Virus record (IMG/VR): IMGVR_UViG_3300012667_000136
Coordinates: 1-63,212 of that record
Length of the DNA stretch: 63,212 nt
Origin: a virus
Taxonomy: Duplodnaviria > Caudoviricetes
Reading direction: 5' to 3' (one strand)
The notes beneath the pieces were generated by a model that was not told the DNA's origin, ran no database searches, and saw nothing but the letters and a program-made list of their open reading frames with translations. Below, piece by piece: positions 58,787-63,212 of the stretch. Positions within the stretch are counted from its first letter, which is position 1. Each line of letters begins with the position of its first letter. The position numbers and the translations under genes are program-made.

Positions 58787-59435
58787 CTACTGCATCTACC
58801 GTGTCTTCGGATTTCTTTGTTGCCTTCTTAGTAGGAGGATCTAATGAATCAGCTTCTTTTCTCAGACGTGCTGCTTCTTTGTACATAGAATCTGCTTGGC
58901 TTCTATATGACTTAGCAATGTCTTTATCGGATAACACTTCAGTAGGTGATGCCTTTAATGGAGTTTCACGTCTTGGTTCTCCGACATCTCTTCCTAGATC
59001 TTTAACTTCAACAACTTCTTGAATTGTTGCTTTCTTAGGAGCGCCGGGTACAAATGTATATAAGTCGTCAACTGCAACATTTCGTTGTTCTGCAATTAGA
59101 ACGTTTAGTTGATGCAATTCAATTTCGCTACCTGGTGCAGGTGTCATAACAATCGCATCAGTTGGTAATTTAACTAATGCATTGTCGGCCCGTAGTGCTT
59201 GTAGCATAGGACGACCGTCTGGGAAATTTCTAGTGAATAAGATCTCACCAAACTCGAATACTTCCTGTGCTTGATCAATTTCAACTAATTTCATAATAGC
59301 GTCATGATACGAGTCGGAAAGTGGCGACACTGGACATACTAGTGCCATATGTGATTCACCAGGTAAAGTTCTGAATACTACAAGAACTTTAGCACCAGAT
59401 GATTTAATCCTTCCGATATGTTTAATAGCTCTCAT
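58779..59435 (-). CDS. Hypothetical protein
   Basis: AGGAGG RBS; tightly packed. Confidence 0.7.
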   Translation of the reverse strand: MRAIKHIGRIKSSGAKVLVVFRTLPGESHMALVCPVSPLSDSYHDAIMKLVEIDQAQEVFEFGEILFTRNFPDGRPMLQALRADNALVKLPTDAIVMTPAPGSEIELHQLNVLIAEQRNVAVDDLYTFVPGAPKKATIQEVVEVKDLGRDVGEPRRETPLKASPTEVLSDKDIAKSYRSQADSMYKEAARLRKEADSLDPPTKKATKKSEDTVDAVDA

Positions 59436-59660
59436 TTAAGCCTCCTTTTTTGCAACAGATTCTAAGAATGTGTTGAGTTTGTTATAGACTTTACCCACGG
59501 CTTCTAATTCTGCTGCTTTAAACGCACCGCGCTGTGTTGCTACTTCTACAATGCTTTTCAATGCAGCGAGATCTGTTAGATTCAAATCTGGACCTTGTGC
59601 TGGAGCCGATTGTGTTTGTGGTTGTTCAGCTGGTGCTGTATCTTTGACTTCGTCCGTCAT
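59436..59660 (-). CDS. Hypothetical protein
   Basis: AAGGAG RBS; contains the motif VATQRGAFKAAELEAVG. Confidence 0.7.
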   Translation of the reverse strand: MTDEVKDTAPAEQPQTQSAPAQGPDLNLTDLAALKSIVEVATQRGAFKAAELEAVGKVYNKLNTFLESVAKKEA

Positions 59661-59932
59661 TATTTTCTCCTTAAATATGGACAGGCTAACATAAAATATG
59701 TTAGTTCTTTGTGATCCTCAAACCCAACAAAAGTTAATGATCTTACTCGACCATCAGATCCAATGCCGGGAGTTTTATGCAGATAAAATCGGCCCTTTAG
59801 TTTAGTCTTAATCCAATTTTCTAAATTAGCATCATACCAATCAGCATCTGAAACTTTAATTTTAGAAAACTGGGGAGGCATAGAGTCAATTCTTCGTTGA
59901 TTTAAAACATCTAAGGCGTTTAATTCTATCAT
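59660..59932 (-). CDS. Hypothetical protein
   Basis: Preceded by TTAAATA 7 nt upstream; coupled to the next gene. Confidence 0.65.
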   Translation of the reverse strand: MIELNALDVLNQRRIDSMPPQFSKIKVSDADWYDANLENWIKTKLKGRFYLHKTPGIGSDGRVRSLTFVGFEDHKELTYFMLACPYLRRK

Positions 59933-59939
59933 GGTATGA

Positions 59940-59946
59940 TATTTAA
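59940..59946 (-). promoter_or_regulatory. T4-late-type promoter (TTAAATA), probably leaderless transcript
   Basis: 7 nt upstream of ATG 59932, the same spacing as at 1550. Confidence 0.5.
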
Positions 59947-59967
59947 TGTAGAGGGTTAAGGAAGTAG

Positions 59968-60351
59968 TTAATCTTGGCTTAGACGTTTATTCATAGCTTT
60001 TGCCATGCCCATCTTTCGAATATCACCTGAAAACAGATATAATTCAAATGCTGAGCGTTCTGACATTACTTTAATATAATTCTTTCCTAGATAAAACGGA
60101 GAGTTGATGAAATGATCTAACCAAACTAAAATTTGTGGTGTAATTTTTATTTCTTTTGGAAGATCGATTTTGTATGTTTTTATATCAGCACGAGATTCTA
60201 CAAACTCGATACCTTGATCAGTTAATCGAAGTCCTGTGCTATTTTTTTCACGTAGGTTATACCACCAAATAGATTTGTATTTTTCGACATCGCTATATGG
60301 TAGTTCGGCTGCTTTGAGAAATACCTCAGTGTAGGTATTCTTGTTATGCAT
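59968..60351 (-). CDS. Hypothetical protein
   Basis: Packed ORF; GLRLTDQG motif. Confidence 0.65.
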   Translation of the reverse strand: MHNKNTYTEVFLKAAELPYSDVEKYKSIWWYNLREKNSTGLRLTDQGIEFVESRADIKTYKIDLPKEIKITPQILVWLDHFINSPFYLGKNYIKVMSERSAFELYLFSGDIRKMGMAKAMNKRLSQD

Positions 60352-60352
60352 A

Positions 60353-60637
60353 TTAACTTATTTGTTCACCTTGTGTCAACTTAAAAACAGCAAAGTCTGT
60401 AGTTTTAAACAATTTGTTTAGTTTCTTCGCAAGGTTGTGTGCATGACCCGGATTTGAAAAACTAACTTTCTTGTATTTTGGTCCAGTATAACTAGCTACC
60501 AGACTACCACTTTTTAAGTTAAAAGGTTGACACTTATAGAACACAGCCCATATGGCATCGCTTTCTAAGATTTGTTCAATCTTATAAGTGTCTTTGTTAG
60601 CGTGTTCTAATATCACTCTAGGTTTTGGTCTGCTCAT
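60353..60637 (-). CDS. Hypothetical protein
   Basis: Packed ORF; GPKYKKVSFSNPGHAHNLA motif. Confidence 0.7.
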   Translation of the reverse strand: MSRPKPRVILEHANKDTYKIEQILESDAIWAVFYKCQPFNLKSGSLVASYTGPKYKKVSFSNPGHAHNLAKKLNKLFKTTDFAVFKLTQGEQIS

Positions 60638-60664
60638 TATACGTGTCCTAATTAACCACGTATA

Positions 60665-60671
60665 TATTTAT
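60665..60671 (-). promoter_or_regulatory. T4-late-type promoter (ATAAATA)
   Basis: Intergenic, upstream of 60637. Confidence 0.5.
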
Positions 60672-60676
60672 CTCAA

Positions 60677-60925
60677 CTAGAACGAACCACCATCGAACTT
60701 AATATCAATCTTGTTAGTTGACTCACGCATTTCGGATAACATTGCGTGTATTTCTTGTACAGTTCTGCCCAATTTGCTAGTTAGTACACTTAATTCGGCA
60801 GTAAGATCTCTAGCCTCTTGAATAGTAATTCTGATTTCTTTTTGTTGACTTTTTTCAGCAACAGCTACTCTATGTATTAATTTTTCTACACTAGGCAATG
60901 TAGTTGGTAAGTTATTTGCTGACAT
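60677..60925 (-). CDS. Hypothetical coiled-coil protein
   Basis: Packed ORF overlapping the upstream gene. Confidence 0.65.
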   Translation of the reverse strand: MSANNLPTTLPSVEKLIHRVAVAEKSQQKEIRITIQEARDLTAELSVLTSKLGRTVQEIHAMLSEMRESTNKIDIKFDGGSF

Positions 60926-61388
60926 TTGATAATACCTGTTTCATTTCAAATTCTGTTTTAAACGGACCTTGGTACTCGTACCTTTGTAGAGTGATGAGCT
61001 TAGGGCAGTGTGACTTGACCCAACCTTTGTCAAACTTGATAACATAGTATCCGGCACAATATAGACTCTTGCTATCCCCGCTTTTAGTAAACAGTGGGAG
61101 TTTTCGTTTGATGTCAAACATTGCGTTGTGGGGAATAGTAGATGTTGCATATCCGTGAACTTCGTTCGGCTCTGCATTATCTGCTTCCTTAATAATCTTA
61201 GCAACAAAGAAATTTTTACCAAATTGTTTTGTTAGGCTTTCTTTGTTGTCGTAAATTTTAATACCTAGTTCGTTACTCATAACAAATCGATTGTCTTCGT
61301 TCTTACGGAGTGTTGCAAACTTTTCGCCGTCTTTCTCGACAATCCAAAATTTATTTTCAATGATTGGTTTAGCATGGATTTCAGTCAT
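60912..61388 (-). CDS. Hypothetical protein
   Basis: ATGA overlap with rnh; LPLFTKS..SKSLYCAGYY motif. Confidence 0.7.
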   Translation of the reverse strand: MTEIHAKPIIENKFWIVEKDGEKFATLRKNEDNRFVMSNELGIKIYDNKESLTKQFGKNFFVAKIIKEADNAEPNEVHGYATSTIPHNAMFDIKRKLPLFTKSGDSKSLYCAGYYVIKFDKGWVKSHCPKLITLQRYEYQGPFKTEFEMKQVLSNVSK

Positions 61389-62371
61389 TTTGTATATCTC
61401 GCATTTAATGGTTCTGCATATGCTTGTGCCTGATCGGAAATTTTCTTAAGATCGTATAGTCCACAAAACTTCATCAGTCGCAGTCCAACTTGACTAATAT
61501 TTTTGTTAGCTGTTGTTGCGGTAGAAATAGTTTCTGTAATCTTTAGTTTAATATCTTCAGGCTGATGTGCTAAATCAATAAGAACACGATTGCGTTCATA
61601 ATCATCGAGTACTCGATGTTCGACGCCATTGTGATCAACCCAACGCTGAAGCATGAGATTGTTCCATGAGAAGCCTTTGCTCTTGCGATCTTCAAATGCT
61701 TCAGTGAGACCAACTTTCTTACTAGTACCTTTTGTGCGAACACCTGGGTATGCCGAGAAGACATTATCAGAGGTATCGCCACGCATACACTTCTCGAACA
61801 GTAACCATTCTGGATCAGGGTGCGCTTTTGGTAGCTGTGTCTTTTTGTCAATTACATACTTGCCTTTAGCGTCAAAATATCCTTCGTGCGTAATAGTTGT
61901 TTCACTAACACCGTTGTATTGTTTAACGTTAGGAGCAATTAACTGGACAAAATCTGTATCAGTTGAAATGATAACATGATCGTCGTTAGGGTGGCTCTGT
62001 ATAAAACCAGCAATTAAATCGTCAGCTTCAAGATTGGGATGCTGCAACACTGTACAGTTTGTTTTTTCTATAATGAAATCTTTAAACGTGTCAAAGGCTT
62101 CCCAGAATACTTTTTCTTCTTCTGCTTCTTTTTCTGTATGAGCAGCACGAGCACTAGCACGTTGAGCCTTGTACGGTGCATAGTAATCCTTGCGCCAGCT
62201 ACGTCCTTCTAAACAAAATACAACGTGAGATCCGTTAAAGTCTTGCCACGCCTTCTTGATACTGTTTAACGTAATATGAAATGCCATGCCTAGCTTAATA
62301 TCGGCATCACCGTTAATAACGTGTCTAGCACGAAAGAATGTATTTGCTGTATCTACTAAAATATATGTCAT
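61385..62371 (-). CDS. rnh: T4-type RNase H / 5'-3' flap exonuclease
   Basis: ILVD..N..FR, SWRKDYY..YK..R, LEADDLIA, IISTDTDFVQL, GDTSDNV, YERNRVLIDL. Confidence 0.9.
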   Translation of the reverse strand: MTYILVDTANTFFRARHVINGDADIKLGMAFHITLNSIKKAWQDFNGSHVVFCLEGRSWRKDYYAPYKAQRASARAAHTEKEAEEEKVFWEAFDTFKDFIIEKTNCTVLQHPNLEADDLIAGFIQSHPNDDHVIISTDTDFVQLIAPNVKQYNGVSETTITHEGYFDAKGKYVIDKKTQLPKAHPDPEWLLFEKCMRGDTSDNVFSAYPGVRTKGTSKKVGLTEAFEDRKSKGFSWNNLMLQRWVDHNGVEHRVLDDYERNRVLIDLAHQPEDIKLKITETISTATTANKNISQVGLRLMKFCGLYDLKKISDQAQAYAEPLNARYTK

Positions 62372-62832
62372 CTGTTATTCTTCAAAATGTTAGCGATATC
62401 AATTTTTCCAGTATCGACTGGACCGCCGTAATCACCGTCGACTACGACGTTAGCACACAGTTCACGGAACCAGCGATCGACAATTTCTTCGTCTTTATCA
62501 CCATCTGCTCCGTAACCTTCTTGTTTTAGCTTAGTAACAAACAGCTCATTCCAATCGAGTTCAAAGAAACCATTTCGAATGTTATCTTGATTAACGTGAG
62601 TATTTAAAACACCTACCCAAGGTTCTTTCTTTCGAGTAGCACGGTCTTTTGGACTTAGTTTAGCAAGTTCTTGTTCTTCTTGTGCTTTAGTGGCTTCTTG
62701 TCTTGCGCTCTCGGCTTCTCGCTGATGTGCCGCAGTTTCGTCGACAGCTTTCACCATCTTAGCTTCGGCCTCTGCAATAGTTTTTTCTAACTTGTCTATA
62801 CCAGTTAGACGTTTAAATAATTTTCCTAACAT
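62368..62832 (-). CDS. Hypothetical protein
   Basis: ATG at 62832 overlaps the upstream TAA (TAATG). GFFELDWN...EEIVDRWF motif. Confidence 0.7.
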   Translation of the reverse strand: MLGKLFKRLTGIDKLEKTIAEAEAKMVKAVDETAAHQREAESARQEATKAQEEQELAKLSPKDRATRKKEPWVGVLNTHVNQDNIRNGFFELDWNELFVTKLKQEGYGADGDKDEEIVDRWFRELCANVVVDGDYGGPVDTGKIDIANILKNNR

Positions 62833-63212
62833 TAAGTTCCCCACTCATTTTTAAATAACGGCACTTGTAGTCTATCGCTGTAACGTAACCCGTTCTTCAT
62901 TGCTATATCTGCTACAGCACGATTGTTTAGTGCATAAACACTTTCGACACCGCCTACTGGCATTAGATAAACGTGTCCTTTAAATCCAGCAGCACGATAT
63001 GCACCAATAGCACATTCTGCATCTTTAAAGTCTTGTTCAGTAGCGATGACAAATTTCAAGTATGCTGTGCCAACTTCTTCATACTCACAAACAATCTCGG
63101 GCTTGATAGCATCTTCCCACGCTTCGCCGCTACATGGAAGTTTAGCACTTACACTAAATGTAAGTTCTTTACCTACAGTGCTATTCCACTTTGCCAAGTA
63201 GCTTTTAAATTC
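62832..63212 (-). CDS. queE: 7-carboxy-7-deazaguanine synthase QueE-like radical SAM enzyme, C-terminal part (5' end outside the window)
   Basis: FSVSAKLPCSG, YLKFVI, VYLMPVG and GLRYSDRLQVPLF match the QueE C-terminus. The frame is open to the window edge. Confidence 0.75.
   Translation of the reverse strand, partial: EFKSYLAKWNSTVGKELTFSVSAKLPCSGEAWEDAIKPEIVCEYEEVGTAYLKFVIATEQDFKDAECAIGAYRAAGFKGHVYLMPVGGVESVYALNNRAVADIAMKNGLRYSDRLQVPLFKNEWGT

Noticed and set aside
1541-62529. Numerous 60-165-aa ORFs nested in or antisense to the long genes
   Set aside because: They lie within better-supported genes and lack RBSs and recognisable motifs.
1-63212. Stop-codon reassignment
   Set aside because: Genes are full length and tightly packed under the standard code, including a 4572-codon ORF.

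Overview
This is a 63-kb segment of a large T4-like (myovirus, probably jumbo) bacteriophage genome, densely coding in the standard genetic code. From left to right it holds: (1) the end of a head module (acidic prohead-core-like gene, portal gp20); (2) a tape-measure-like protein with a C-terminal GH19 lysozyme/chitinase domain; (3) a gp26-like hub/tail-assembly gene ending in a textbook -1 ribosomal frameshift signal; (4) two Ala-rich putative internal head proteins; (5) a ~550-bp gene-free, highly structured region directly downstream of a gp55 - gp47 - gp46 - Hc1-like - GIY-YIG nuclease gene run; (6) a baseplate module (gp48/54-like, gp53, hub, gp5, gp25, gp6, a 4572-aa giant protein); (7) four paralogous tail fibres; (8) a glycosyltransferase cluster converging on four tandem radical-SAM genes; (9) small hypothetical genes, T4-type RNase H and the 3' end of queE. 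T4-late-type promoters (NTAAATA) precede the structural transcription units. The two best leads are the candidate large ncRNA (or origin) abutting the GIY-YIG gene and the G/GT-like programmed frameshift. All product calls come from motif recognition by eye, with no database search.
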